NCBI GenBank assembly: GCA_031409275.1
Contig: JANNXA010000040.1
Coordinates: 32,001-96,000, forward strand
Origin: Planctomycetota bacterium
GTDB lineage: Bacteria > Planctomycetota > B15-G4 > SIAN01
Direction: 5' to 3'
Length of the DNA: 64,000 nt
This document shows positions 9,705 to 19,308 of the stretch, piece by piece. Numbering within the stretch: position 1 is the first letter of the stretch; each line of letters opens with the position of its first letter. The notes beneath the pieces are model-generated. The model had not been told where the DNA came from, made no database searches, and saw nothing but the letters and a program-made list of their open reading frames with translations. A program made the position numbers and the translations under genes.

Positions 9705-9768
9705 GGGGCGCGTCGGCGCGCTTTCGCCGCGATCGAACGCGGCACGCTTTATGATCCCCCGCCATCCC

Positions 9769-10818
9769 ATGCCTTTGTCGGCGACACTCGCGCTTCCCAC
9801 CGTTTCCGCAGCCCCTCCTCGGAGCAGAACGCTCCTGGCGAGGCTCGAGCGCCGCGTCATCGCCACGCTCCATCGCTTCGTCGCCCGCCACTACCTGAAG
9901 AAGCCCGAGCTCGCCGAACTGCTCGAGATCAAGCTGCCCGACATGGCGTCGGTGGGATGGGCCGCGCTGAACGAAGTCGCCTACCGGTTGCGACTCGAGC
10001 GGACCGCGCGGGTCCTCTCGCTCAACGTCGAGACCACCAACTTCTGCAACCTGCGCTGCACCATCTGCCCGGTGAACCGCGGGATGGCGCGCGCCAAGCG
10101 CTGGCTCGACCCCGCGACGTTCGAACGGCTGATCGACCGCTCGCCGACCGTCCGATTCGTGCTGCCGTTCCAGTGGGGCGAGCCGCTGCTCCATCCCGAG
10201 ATCGACCGCATGGTGGCCTACGCGCGCCACCGCGGCGTGCGCTCGATGCTGACCACCAACGGCACGCTGCTCGACGAATCGATGGCCCACCGCCTCTTCG
10301 CGAGCGGGCTGTCGCGGCTCACCATCTCGATCGACGGCGACGACGCCACCCACGAACGGATCCGCGGCGTGAAGCTCGCCGAGATCCGGGAGCGGGTCGT
10401 CGCGATGCGCAAGCTGCGCGACGCGCGCGGCGCCGAGCTGCGCCTCGACGTGTCGATGGTGCTCGACGACGTGACGAAACCGGCGCTCGACCACTACCGC
10501 GCGCAATGGCAGGGCGTCGCCGATCGCATCCAGGTGATCCCGCGGCTCGCGTCGGGCGCGCGCACGACCGCGTGCCGCGAAGCGTGGCGCGGCAGTCTCG
10601 TCGTGTTGGTCGATGGCACGGTCACCGCCTGCTGCGCCGACAGCGAAGGGAAGCTCGCGCTGGGCAACGGCCACGAAGAGTCGCCGGCGCAGATCCTCAA
10701 CAACGGGGCGTTTCGAGCGTTGCGCCGGGCCCATCGCGCCTGCGACTTCAAGGCGCCGTGCGCCGGCTGCAGCGAGTTCGATGGCCGTGACGTCGGCGTG
10801 AACGCGAGGTTCCAGTGA
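9769..10818 (+). CDS. Radical SAM protein with SPASM/twitch C-terminus (rSAM-1)
   Basis: CNLRCTIC (CxxxCxxC), WGEPLLHP, TTNGTLL, C-terminal CREAW...DGTVTACC...LGN...CAGC. Start 9751 or 9769. Confidence 0.9.
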   Translation: MPLSATLALPTVSAAPPRSRTLLARLERRVIATLHRFVARHYLKKPELAELLEIKLPDMASVGWAALNEVAYRLRLERTARVLSLNVETTNFCNLRCTICPVNRGMARAKRWLDPATFERLIDRSPTVRFVLPFQWGEPLLHPEIDRMVAYARHRGVRSMLTTNGTLLDESMAHRLFASGLSRLTISIDGDDATHERIRGVKLAEIRERVVAMRKLRDARGAELRLDVSMVLDDVTKPALDHYRAQWQGVADRIQVIPRLASGARTTACREAWRGSLVVLVDGTVTACCADSEGKLALGNGHEESPAQILNNGAFRALRRAHRACDFKAPCAGCSEFDGRDVGVNARFQ

Positions 10819-12044
10819 GGCGCGCCACCGCTGCGATCGCGCGCGCGACCTCCCCCGCCGCGCTCGAATGGAAGAAGCGCGCGGACGCGTGGCTCGGCAT
10901 CCCGGCGACGTGGCTGCTGCGTGCGGCGCGGGCGCTGACCGGCCGCGCGGATGCCGGCGTGCCCCCCGCTTCGGTGCGCCACGTCGTCGTCGCCAAGTTG
11001 TGGGGCATCGGCAACCTCGCCATGGTGCTGCCGCTCGTCGCCGCGGTGCGGCGGCAATACCCGGCCGCGCGCCTCTCGTTCCTGACACTCGAACGCAATC
11101 GGACGCTGCTTGCCGGCCAGCCCTCGCTCGATGCGCTGGTGACCGTGCGCGACCACGGCTGGTGGACGCCGCTCGTCGATCTGATGCGGGCCGCGCGAAG
11201 GCTTCGGCGCGAGCGCGTCGATCTCTTCATCGATTGCGAGCAGTTCGTGCGGGCGGCCGGCCTCGTCGCCCGCCTCGCCGGTGCGCGCTTCAGCGTCGGC
11301 TTCGACACGCCGGGCCAACAGCGCGCCGCGCTCTACGACCTGACCGTCCCCTGCGCCGGCGATCGCCACATGGCGCTGGGTTTTGCCGACCTGTTCCGCG
11401 CCGCCGGCATCGCGACCGAAGGGGTCGCGTCGCACGAAGTCGAGATCGAGCCGGCGGCGGCGCAAAGCGTGGCCGTCCGCTTCGACTCCAACTTGCCGCG
11501 ACCGTGGGTCGTCCTCCATCCCGGCAGCGGTGACAATTTTCCAGGGCGCCGCTGGCCACAGGAGCGCTTCGCGGCGCTCGGTGCGCGTGTCACCGAGGCG
11601 TTCGGTGGCACCCTCTTCGTCAGCGGCGCCGGACTCGAGCTGCCGCTGGTCGACGAGGTCGTCCGGTCGCTCGCCGGCCACGGTGTGACGGCCCGTTCGC
11701 TCGCCGGGACGCTCACGCTGCCCGAACTGGTCGCCTTCCTCTCGCGCGCCGACCTGGTGATCTCGAACGACACCGGGCCGGTTCACCTCGCGGCCGCGGT
11801 ACGCACGCCGGTCGTCGCCTTCTACGGCCCCAACTCGCCGCGCCTCTACGGGCCGCTCGGCGATGGCCATCAGGCGCTCTACCGGCCGCTGCCCTGCAGC
11901 CCCTGCCTGACCAACCAGAATGGCAAGTCGAGCCGCTGCCAGTTGCCTTTGTGCATTCGGCGAATCGCCGTCGACGAGGCGTGGTTGGCCGTCCACGCGC
12001 AGCTCGCACCGCACTTCGCGACTCGCGATGCGGCGCTCCTTTGA
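10815..12044 (+). CDS. Glycosyltransferase family 9 (heptosyltransferase-like)
   Basis: WGIGNL, VLHPGSG...RRWP, ISNDTGPVHLAAA, FYGPNSP, Cys-rich PCSPC...C...C end; GTG overlaps the rSAM-1 stop. Confidence 0.9.
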   Translation: MRRATAAIARATSPAALEWKKRADAWLGIPATWLLRAARALTGRADAGVPPASVRHVVVAKLWGIGNLAMVLPLVAAVRRQYPAARLSFLTLERNRTLLAGQPSLDALVTVRDHGWWTPLVDLMRAARRLRRERVDLFIDCEQFVRAAGLVARLAGARFSVGFDTPGQQRAALYDLTVPCAGDRHMALGFADLFRAAGIATEGVASHEVEIEPAAAQSVAVRFDSNLPRPWVVLHPGSGDNFPGRRWPQERFAALGARVTEAFGGTLFVSGAGLELPLVDEVVRSLAGHGVTARSLAGTLTLPELVAFLSRADLVISNDTGPVHLAAAVRTPVVAFYGPNSPRLYGPLGDGHQALYRPLPCSPCLTNQNGKSSRCQLPLCIRRIAVDEAWLAVHAQLAPHFATRDAALL

Positions 12045-12057
12045 ACCGCAGCGCGCA

Positions 12058-13098
12058 ATGACCCGCTGGCTTGCACGCGCCCGCCTCGCCGCGGCGCTCT
12101 GGCGCACCCCCTCGCGCGGCCAGCCGCCCAAGGTGACCGCGATCCTCACGGAGCGCTGCCACCTCCGCTGCGGTTTCTGCCGACTTTGGGAGGCACCGCA
12201 GTCGGGCGCGGCGACGTCCGAGTGGATCGCGTTCTTCCGCGCCAACCCGTTCCTGCGTTGGGTGAACCTCTCGGGCGGCGAGCTCTTCGCGAAAGAGAAG
12301 CTGCCGGACCTGCTGCTTTGCATCGTCGACGCGCTGCCGCGACTCGAACTGCTCGACTTCCCGACCGCCGGACAGCGTCCGGCCGAAGTGGAGGCCGCGG
12401 TCGACCTGCTGCTCGCGACCCGACTGCCGTTGCTGGCCGTGACGGTGAGCCTCGATGGTGGCCCGGCGCTGCACGACGAACTGCGCGGCGTCGACGGAGC
12501 GTTCGAGCGCGCCTTCGACTGTTTCGCGCGCCTGCGCCAGCGCCGCGGCCCGCGCTGCGTCGTGGTCGCCGGCTGCACGCTGACGGAGCGTGCGGAGTTG
12601 CAGGCCGAGTCGCTCGCCGCCGAACTCGCGCGACGCCTTCCCGACTTTGATGCCCGCGAGATCCACTTCAACCTCGCCCACCACTCCTCGCATTACTACC
12701 GCAACGCCGCCTTCACCGAACTGCCAGGCGCCGGAGCACTCGCCGTCATGGCCCGCTGGCCCAAGCCGCGCGGGCCGCTGGGTTTCCTCGAGCGCGCCTA
12801 TGCGCGACTCGCGCCGCGCGCGCTCGCCGAGGGGTTTCCGCCGATCGGCTGTGAGGCGCTGCGGCGCACGGTGTTCGTCGGGCCCGACCTCGACGTGCAC
12901 CCCTGCACGATCTGGGAGCAGCCGCTCGGCAACCTGCGCGCGTTCGACCTTTCGCTCGAAGCGCTGCTGACGCAGGCGCCGACGACCGCGGCGCGCGCGA
13001 CGATCGAACGGCGCGGCTGTCCGGGTTGCTTCAGCCCGTGCGAAGCGCTGCCGGCGATGGCGGCGCGCCCGCTCGCCACCGCGCTGCTGCGACGTTGA
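12058..13098 (+). CDS. Radical SAM protein with SPASM/twitch C-terminus (rSAM-2)
   Basis: CHLRCGFC, LSGGE, VSLDG...HDELRG, C-terminal CEAL...VHPC...LGN...CPGCFSPC. Confidence 0.88.
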   Translation: MTRWLARARLAAALWRTPSRGQPPKVTAILTERCHLRCGFCRLWEAPQSGAATSEWIAFFRANPFLRWVNLSGGELFAKEKLPDLLLCIVDALPRLELLDFPTAGQRPAEVEAAVDLLLATRLPLLAVTVSLDGGPALHDELRGVDGAFERAFDCFARLRQRRGPRCVVVAGCTLTERAELQAESLAAELARRLPDFDAREIHFNLAHHSSHYYRNAAFTELPGAGALAVMARWPKPRGPLGFLERAYARLAPRALAEGFPPIGCEALRRTVFVGPDLDVHPCTIWEQPLGNLRAFDLSLEALLTQAPTTAARATIERRGCPGCFSPCEALPAMAARPLATALLRR

Positions 13099-13105
13099 CC
13101 CCGCG

Positions 13106-14152
13106 ATGATCGGCACGCGACGCAGGCGTTCGCATCGGGCCGTGTTGACGACGGCGCTGCGGAGCGGCAACTGGCGCTGGCTGGCGCGCGCAACGTGGCG
13201 CGTGGTCGAGCAGAAGCTGCGGAACGGCGACGCGCGGCCGCTCTTCGCGACGCTCGCGGTCACCTACCGCTGCAACTACCGCTGCTCGTTCTGCGACCTG
13301 CCCGATCGCGCACGGGGCGATCCGCCCGGCTCGGTGCTGATCGAACGGCTTGCGAAGATCGCCGCGAGCGGCGCGCTGGCGGTCGGCCTCACCGGCGGCG
13401 AACCGCTGCTCCATCCGGAGCTCTTCACCGTCATCGCGGCGGCGCGGCGGCTGGGGCTGCTGGTCCACCTGAACAGCAACGGCTCGCGACTCACCGAAGC
13501 GGCGGTCGCGCCGCTGCTTCAGAGCGGGCTGCACTCGCTCAACTTGAGCCTCGACGGAGCGGCGCCAGCGACGCATGACGCGTTGCGTGGCGTGCCCGGT
13601 TCCTTTGCGCAGATCGAGCGCAGCGTGCGAGCCCTGCTGGCGGCGCGACGGCGAGGTGCGCCGCGTCTGGGACTGGTGATGGCGGTCGGCCCGAGCAACA
13701 CCGGCGAGGTGCTGGGCTTCCTGCGCGTCGCGCGCGAATGGGGCGTCGACAGTGCCGGTTTCCTGCCCCATCACGAATTCGTCGCGGAGCGCGCCCCGCT
13801 GCCGGCAGCGACCGCCGCCGCCCTCGCGCGCGACCTCGCGACCGCCATCGAACAGGAGCCGCGCCTCGACAACTCGCCGGCCTACGTCGGCGCGATCGCG
13901 CCATTCCTCGGCGGCGATGCGATGCCCATCGAGTGCAGCGCGCCGCGCAGCCATCTGGCGATCGACCCGGAAGGGCTGCGCTACGCTTGCGTGCCGTTGA
14001 TGACGTTGCGCCGCGGTGGCGTGCCGCTCGACGCGCCGACGCCGATGGCCCCGCTCCCTGCCGCCTTGCGCGAGGAGGTCTGCCGGAAATGCTGGTGGAA
14101 CTGCCACCGCGAGCTCGACCTCTCGCTCCATCGCCTCGTCGCGCCGCGCTGA
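13106..14152 (+). CDS. Radical SAM protein with twitch-like C-terminus (rSAM-3)
   Basis: CNYRCSFC, TGGEPLLHP, NSNG, SLDG...HDALRG, C-terminal CSAP...YAC...CRKCWWNC. Confidence 0.88.
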   Translation: MIGTRRRRSHRAVLTTALRSGNWRWLARATWRVVEQKLRNGDARPLFATLAVTYRCNYRCSFCDLPDRARGDPPGSVLIERLAKIAASGALAVGLTGGEPLLHPELFTVIAAARRLGLLVHLNSNGSRLTEAAVAPLLQSGLHSLNLSLDGAAPATHDALRGVPGSFAQIERSVRALLAARRRGAPRLGLVMAVGPSNTGEVLGFLRVAREWGVDSAGFLPHHEFVAERAPLPAATAAALARDLATAIEQEPRLDNSPAYVGAIAPFLGGDAMPIECSAPRSHLAIDPEGLRYACVPLMTLRRGGVPLDAPTPMAPLPAALREEVCRKCWWNCHRELDLSLHRLVAPR

Positions 14153-15969
14153 TCGGCTGGCTGATCGCCCTACTGGCGCTGCTGCCCCATCTGCGCGGGG
14201 TGCGAAACGGCTTCGTCTACGACGACTTCCGCTTCGTCTCCGAGAACGGCGGCGTGCAGACGCTGGCGCATCCGCTCGAGCTCGTCACCTCGATCGAGCG
14301 CATGTCGACGCCGCGCGACAACGACATCTGGCGTCCGCTGCGCACGCTCGGCTTCGCGCTGCAGCACGCGATCGGCTGCGCGCAGGGCGACGGCCCGCAT
14401 GACTGCCGCGACGCGACGGTGTACCACGCAACCAGCCTCCTGCTCTTCCTGCTGCTGGTGCGTGGACTGATCGCGCTGGCGCAGCGCACGACCGGCTGCT
14501 CGCTCGGAGTCGCTTGCGCCGGCGGACTCCTGTTCGGTGTCCATCCGCTCACCGTCGAGTCGGTGGCGTGGCTGTCGTCGCAAGGCGATCTCCTCGCCGC
14601 GCTTGGCGTCGTCGGCACGCTGCTGCTGGCGTCGACGCGGCCGCTCGCAGCGGTGGGAGTCGCGCTGCTGGCGCTGCTCTCCAAGGAGTCGGCGCTGCCG
14701 TTGGTGGGCGCTCTGGCGCTGCTGCACGCGCGGCGCGACGCGCTTCCCGTGCGCCGCGGCGTCGTCGTCGCAGCGGCGCTTGCCACGCTGCTCTACTTGG
14801 TGGCGCGCCAGCATCTGCTGGGACGCGAACTCGACTTCTCGCCCGCCGGCTTCTCGCAAGAGGCGGCACCGCTCGCGGCGCGCGCCGCCACCGCGGCGAG
14901 GAACTTCCTCTTCGCGCTGCGCCTCTTCCTGGTGCCGTGGCCGCTTTCGATCGACTACGACCACTCGAGCTACGAACCGCGCGCGTGGTTTCAGTCGGCG
15001 GGTTTCGTGCTGGGCGCGCTGGCGCTGTTGGCCGGCGCTGCGATCACCGTGGCGATGCGGGCCGCGCGACCACGCGCGCCGCTGCTCGCACCGCTGCTCT
15101 TCGCGATCCTCTTCTTCGTGCCGACTTGCGGGCTGTTCGTGGTGATGAAGAGCCCGATCGCCGATCGCTACCTGCTGCTGCCCACAGCCGGCGCCGCGCT
15201 GCTGGCGGCTGCCGTCGGCGCGCGCGCGTTCCAGCCAGGGCGGCTGCCCGCGCGCGCCGCGCCATGGGTGACGGGGCTCGCGGCACTCGTGCTGGCGACG
15301 CTGACCTGGCAGCGGACGGCGGACTTCCGCGACGACGCCACGCTTTGGCGCGCCGAGCTCGTCCACCATCCGGCCTCCTTGCAGGGGCAGCTCGGCCTGC
15401 TGCATGCCGCTGGCGCCGCAGGCGACACGGCCACGGAGCAGCGACTCGCGCGCGCCCTGCTCGAAAACGTCGCGCCCGAAGATCCGCGCGGCTGGCTCGC
15501 AGCGTTCCGACTCGGACAGCTCGCCGTCGACGCCGGGAACAGCAAAGAGGCGGTCGGCTGGTTCGAGCGCTGTCGCGCCGGCCTCGCGCGGCGCGGCCAT
15601 GCGCGCGGCGTCGCCAGCGAACTCCACCTCGCCTTCGTCGGACTCGCCAACGTGGCGCGCGCCGACCAGCGGCCGGCGGTCGCAGAGCAGCTCGCGGAGG
15701 AAGGCATCCGCTGGTTTGGCCGGCAGCCACGACTGCTCGAGATGGCGGGGATCGCGCGCGACCTGCAGGGCGATCCGGGAGGCGCGGTAGCGCTTCACGA
15801 GGAGGCGCTGGCAGCCGGTGGCGAGACGGCGTCGCTCTGCTACCACCTCGCCCTCGCGCAACACCACCGCGGCGACTCGGAAGCCGCGCGCGCGGCGGCC
15901 AAGCGAGCGCTTCGGCTCGATCCGGCGCACGCCGGTGCGCTGCGCCTGCTCGCCGAACTCGACCGGTGA
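14089..15969 (+). CDS. TMTC-like (GT-C fold) membrane glycosyltransferase with C-terminal TPRs
   Basis: GAGGAGG SD at 14072-14078 before ATG 14089; NGFVYDD, WRPLRT, LFGVHPLTVESVAW, LLSKESA, PWPLSIDY, IADRYLLLP, DDATLW, then TPR-like helices. Confidence 0.8.
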   Translation: MLVELPPRARPLAPSPRRAALIGWLIALLALLPHLRGVRNGFVYDDFRFVSENGGVQTLAHPLELVTSIERMSTPRDNDIWRPLRTLGFALQHAIGCAQGDGPHDCRDATVYHATSLLLFLLLVRGLIALAQRTTGCSLGVACAGGLLFGVHPLTVESVAWLSSQGDLLAALGVVGTLLLASTRPLAAVGVALLALLSKESALPLVGALALLHARRDALPVRRGVVVAAALATLLYLVARQHLLGRELDFSPAGFSQEAAPLAARAATAARNFLFALRLFLVPWPLSIDYDHSSYEPRAWFQSAGFVLGALALLAGAAITVAMRAARPRAPLLAPLLFAILFFVPTCGLFVVMKSPIADRYLLLPTAGAALLAAAVGARAFQPGRLPARAAPWVTGLAALVLATLTWQRTADFRDDATLWRAELVHHPASLQGQLGLLHAAGAAGDTATEQRLARALLENVAPEDPRGWLAAFRLGQLAVDAGNSKEAVGWFERCRAGLARRGHARGVASELHLAFVGLANVARADQRPAVAEQLAEEGIRWFGRQPRLLEMAGIARDLQGDPGGAVALHEEALAAGGETASLCYHLALAQHHRGDSEAARAAAKRALRLDPAHAGALRLLAELDR

Positions 15970-16018
15970 AATCGAGCCGCTCGGGACCTCCCCCGGGGCG
16001 GCGTGGGCGCGAGAGGTT

Positions 16019-16034
16019 TGGCGCCAAGGTTGCT
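16019..16034 (+). promoter_or_regulatory. Candidate sigma54 (-24/-12) promoter
   Basis: TGGCGCCAAGGTTGCT vs consensus TGGCACG-N4-TTGCW with exact GG-N10-GC spacing; intergenic, ~60 nt upstream of ATG 16094. Confidence 0.55.
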
Positions 16035-16093
16035 CGTCCACGGCGGCGTGATTGAATGGCCCCGCCCCTTCGAGACTCCCGGAGCTCTCGTCC

Positions 16094-17707
16094 ATGCTCG
16101 CTCTACCGCTTTGGGCCGCCAGCTTCCTGGCACCGCTCGTGGTCTGGTCTGGTGGCGCCGACGCGCAAGAGGTGGCCAAGCAGCGGCGCCCGCAAGTCAA
16201 GCTGTCGTTCGATGCGTTCGACTTCGGGACGGTCCTGGCCGGCACCTCGCCGTCCAAGGAGCTGAAGATCGAGAACGTCGGCGACGCTCCGTTGCTCCTC
16301 ACCCGCATCGGCGTCACCTGCGATTGCGCCAAGCTCCACCTGTCGACACCGACGCGCCTCAATGTGCCGCTCGACAGCGGCGACGAGGGCAGCGTCTCGC
16401 TCTCCATCGAGCCGGGCCAAAGCGCGACGCTGCAACTGACCGTCGACACCACCAAGCTCCCTTCGGGCCCGTTCGAGAAGCGGTTGCTGGTGGTCTGCAG
16501 CGATCCGACGAACGGCGCGCTCTCATTGCCGTTCAAGGTCGTCGTCGAGCGTCCCGCCGTGACGCCGCCCGCCGAATCCGTCGGGGCCACGGCCGGCACG
16601 GAAGACGATGCGGGACAGAAGGGGCGAGAGGTCGCTCCGCCGATCGATCCCGCGCTCGCTCCACGCATCGAGTCCGACTGCTACAAGGCGGAGTTCGGCA
16701 CCGTCTATCGCGGCGAGAAGCTGAAGAAGCTCTTCAAGCTGAAGAACAGCGGCAAGTCCGACCTGACGATCAACGAGATCCGCAACTCCTGCTCGTGCGC
16801 CGCGTCGAAGTTCACCGTCGACGGTCGCACGTTCGGCGAGGATGAACTGCGCGAGGCGAAGCGCCTCGGCGTGCTGTCGCCGGGCGAGGAGGCGGAGCTC
16901 GAGGTCGAACTCAAGACCGCCGCCGCCACGACTCCCGGCAAGGAAGCGGAGCTCAGCAAGGCCATCCGCATCTACAGCAACGACCCCGTGCGCGCCGTGC
17001 TCACGCTGACACTCGATGCGACGATGATCTCGCCCTTCACCGTCGATCCGATGACGATCGACTTCGGCGTGGTCAGGAAAGGGGCCGGGGCCAAGCTCTC
17101 GGCGATCGTGCAGTCGGAGCTGCTCGGCGACTTCAAGATCACCACGGCAACCTCGCCGAATCCGGAACTGATGAGCGTCGCGCTCACGCGGGTCGCCACC
17201 GAGCCAGGAGCGGCGCCGACCTGGCGCATCGACGCCGAGATCTCGCCGGCCGCGCCGATGGGCGCCTTCGCGAGCCACGTCGAGCTGGCCGTCGACCACG
17301 AGCGGGTGAAGGAGATCCTGATCCCCGTCCACTTCTCGGTCGAAGCCAACGTCCGCTTCGTCGACAACAAGCCCGACCGCGGCGACCTGCTCGACTTCGA
17401 CGTGATGACGCCAGGCACGCCGAAGACCATCGAGCTCACGATCGAGAACGGTGATGCGGCGATGCCTTACATGCTGAAGAGTGCGCAGGTCAGCAATTGC
17501 CGTCCGAAGGCGGAGGGCTTCGTCGTCGAGGTCATCGAGGTCGAGAAGGGAATGAAGTACGTCGTGAAGCTGACGGCGCCCGGCACGCTCCCCACGTCGA
17601 GCTACTTCCAGGGCGACCTGGTCCTGACCGCAGAACACCCGGACGTGCCGTTGCGAAAGGTCCGTTTCCGGGGCTGGTACAAGGCGAGCGAGAAGAGCGG
17701 ACAATGA
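16094..17707 (+). CDS. Secreted DUF1573 (Ig-like) multidomain protein
   Basis: GGAG SD at 16081; signal-like N-terminus; two DUF1573-like repeats (FDFG...N.GDAPL...TCDCA; EFG...N.GKSDL...SCSCA). Confidence 0.8.
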   Translation: MLALPLWAASFLAPLVVWSGGADAQEVAKQRRPQVKLSFDAFDFGTVLAGTSPSKELKIENVGDAPLLLTRIGVTCDCAKLHLSTPTRLNVPLDSGDEGSVSLSIEPGQSATLQLTVDTTKLPSGPFEKRLLVVCSDPTNGALSLPFKVVVERPAVTPPAESVGATAGTEDDAGQKGREVAPPIDPALAPRIESDCYKAEFGTVYRGEKLKKLFKLKNSGKSDLTINEIRNSCSCAASKFTVDGRTFGEDELREAKRLGVLSPGEEAELEVELKTAAATTPGKEAELSKAIRIYSNDPVRAVLTLTLDATMISPFTVDPMTIDFGVVRKGAGAKLSAIVQSELLGDFKITTATSPNPELMSVALTRVATEPGAAPTWRIDAEISPAAPMGAFASHVELAVDHERVKEILIPVHFSVEANVRFVDNKPDRGDLLDFDVMTPGTPKTIELTIENGDAAMPYMLKSAQVSNCRPKAEGFVVEVIEVEKGMKYVVKLTAPGTLPTSSYFQGDLVLTAEHPDVPLRKVRFRGWYKASEKSGQ

Positions 17708-19308
17708 ACCAGCACCGAACCCTCGGCAGCGGACTCGCCGGGGTCGTGGTGTTGCTCGCGTGCACGGTGCGACCAGCTCCGCGCGAGTCGACGCCGGCCG
17801 TCGTCCCGATGCAGGCAGGCAACGGGGCGATCGAAGGCGGCGGACCTGACGAAGGCGGTGCGAAGCAGCCCCGCCGACGGCCGCTCGAGATCTACCTAAC
17901 CGGCAGCGATGACGGCTACCTCGATGCGTGCGGTTGCGACGACGGGCTGCTGGGCGGTCTGCCGCGCCGCGCCACGCTGCTCAAGGTGCTGCGCGCCGGC
18001 GATGACGAAACGCTCGTCCTTTCCAACGGACGCGTGGTGACCGGTTCCGAGCCGCTCGATCACAACAAGTTCGACGTGATCGTCATGGCGATGGTGCAGA
18101 TGGGTTACACGGCGCTCGCGGTGACCGAGCGCGAGCTGGCGCTCGGGCGCGAGACCCTCACCGGGCTCGGCGTTCAGCTAGGCGACGGTCGAGCGCTGCT
18201 TGGCACCAACCTCGTCGATCGCAAACAGGCGATCGCCGAAGTCGCTGACGCTCCCGCCGGTACGGCGCCGCTCGCCGCGCTCTTGCCGCTGCCGACCGTC
18301 TCCGCCGTCACGCGCACGGTGCATGGCGAGCCGGTCGTGGTGCTGTCGGCAGTGTCGCTGGCGCGCGCCGATCGCTACCAAGCCGTCGACCCGTTCGTGC
18401 ACGTCGTCGATCCGGTGCGAGCGCTGCAGGAGCAGCTCGCAGCGAACTCGGCGGCACGCTCGATCGTGCTGGCGCAGATGAGCGAGGAGGAAGCGAAGTC
18501 GCTGGCGCTCGCGCTGCCCGACCTCGACCTCATCGTGGTGCAGGGACCCGACCACGAGGACTTCCCGCACGAGGAGGCGATCGAGGTCGGCACGACGTCG
18601 ATCGTCACCACCGGCCGCAAAGGGAAGTTCCTCCTCTCGTTTCGCTTCGGCGGCGCCGGCGAGCTTTCGGAACTGCGCCGCCACCCGATCGAGGACACGC
18701 TCGAGAAGGACGAGTCGATCCAGGGACTGCTGAACAGCACCTATCGCGAGCGGCTCGTCCTGGAGAAGCCGATCGAGCGTTACTACTCGCAGCGCCCCAC
18801 GGCCAGCGGCGCGCGCTACGTCGGCGCCGAGGAGGGCAGCTGCGCGAGCTGCCACCCGAAGGCCTGGGAGACCTGGGCCGCGAGCAAGCACGCCCACGCG
18901 TGGCAGACGCTGATCGATCAGGACCTGCCGCCCGACCCGAAGTACAAGAAGAGCCGTCAGAAGCACGCGGTGTGGGATCCCGACTGCGTGCGCTGCCACG
19001 TCACCGGCTTCGGCGAGATCAGCGGCTATGCCGGAGTCGAGCGCGAGCAGCCCGAGGCGCGCCTGATCGACGTCGGCTGCGAGGCGTGCCACGGACCGGC
19101 CGGTGACCACGCGGAGCGCGCGTCGCAGGGCGACCCGCGCTGGCCAAATCCGCCGATCGGCAAGGTTGCGGACGGCAGCGTCGAGCCGCTCTGCATGCGA
19201 TGCCACGACCCCGACAACTCGCCCCACTTCGTGCTGAAGGAATACTGGGCCGGCAAGATCAAGGACGAGCAGCGTCCGTCGATCGGTCACGGCCGCGAAG
19301 GCGACTGA
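17704..19308 (+). CDS. UshA/5'-nucleotidase-like N-domain fused to tetraheme c554-like cytochrome, probable lipoprotein
   Basis: VVVLLAC lipobox-like; GYLDACGC...GGLPRR motif; four CxxCH (CASCH, CVRCH, CEACH, CMRCH) and HDPDNSPHF; ATGA overlap with the upstream gene. Confidence 0.85.
   Translation: MNQHRTLGSGLAGVVVLLACTVRPAPRESTPAVVPMQAGNGAIEGGGPDEGGAKQPRRRPLEIYLTGSDDGYLDACGCDDGLLGGLPRRATLLKVLRAGDDETLVLSNGRVVTGSEPLDHNKFDVIVMAMVQMGYTALAVTERELALGRETLTGLGVQLGDGRALLGTNLVDRKQAIAEVADAPAGTAPLAALLPLPTVSAVTRTVHGEPVVVLSAVSLARADRYQAVDPFVHVVDPVRALQEQLAANSAARSIVLAQMSEEEAKSLALALPDLDLIVVQGPDHEDFPHEEAIEVGTTSIVTTGRKGKFLLSFRFGGAGELSELRRHPIEDTLEKDESIQGLLNSTYRERLVLEKPIERYYSQRPTASGARYVGAEEGSCASCHPKAWETWAASKHAHAWQTLIDQDLPPDPKYKKSRQKHAVWDPDCVRCHVTGFGEISGYAGVEREQPEARLIDVGCEACHGPAGDHAERASQGDPRWPNPPIGKVADGSVEPLCMRCHDPDNSPHFVLKEYWAGKIKDEQRPSIGHGREGD

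Noticed and set aside
9252..14152. RiPP cluster interpretation of the rSAM/SPASM genes
   Set aside because: No short precursor ORF, RRE/PqqD, peptidase or peptide transporter seen; the context is glycosyltransferases.
17920..17945. Selenocysteine recoding in the UshA-like CGC motif
   Set aside because: The codons are TGC-GGT-TGC; there is no in-frame UGA.
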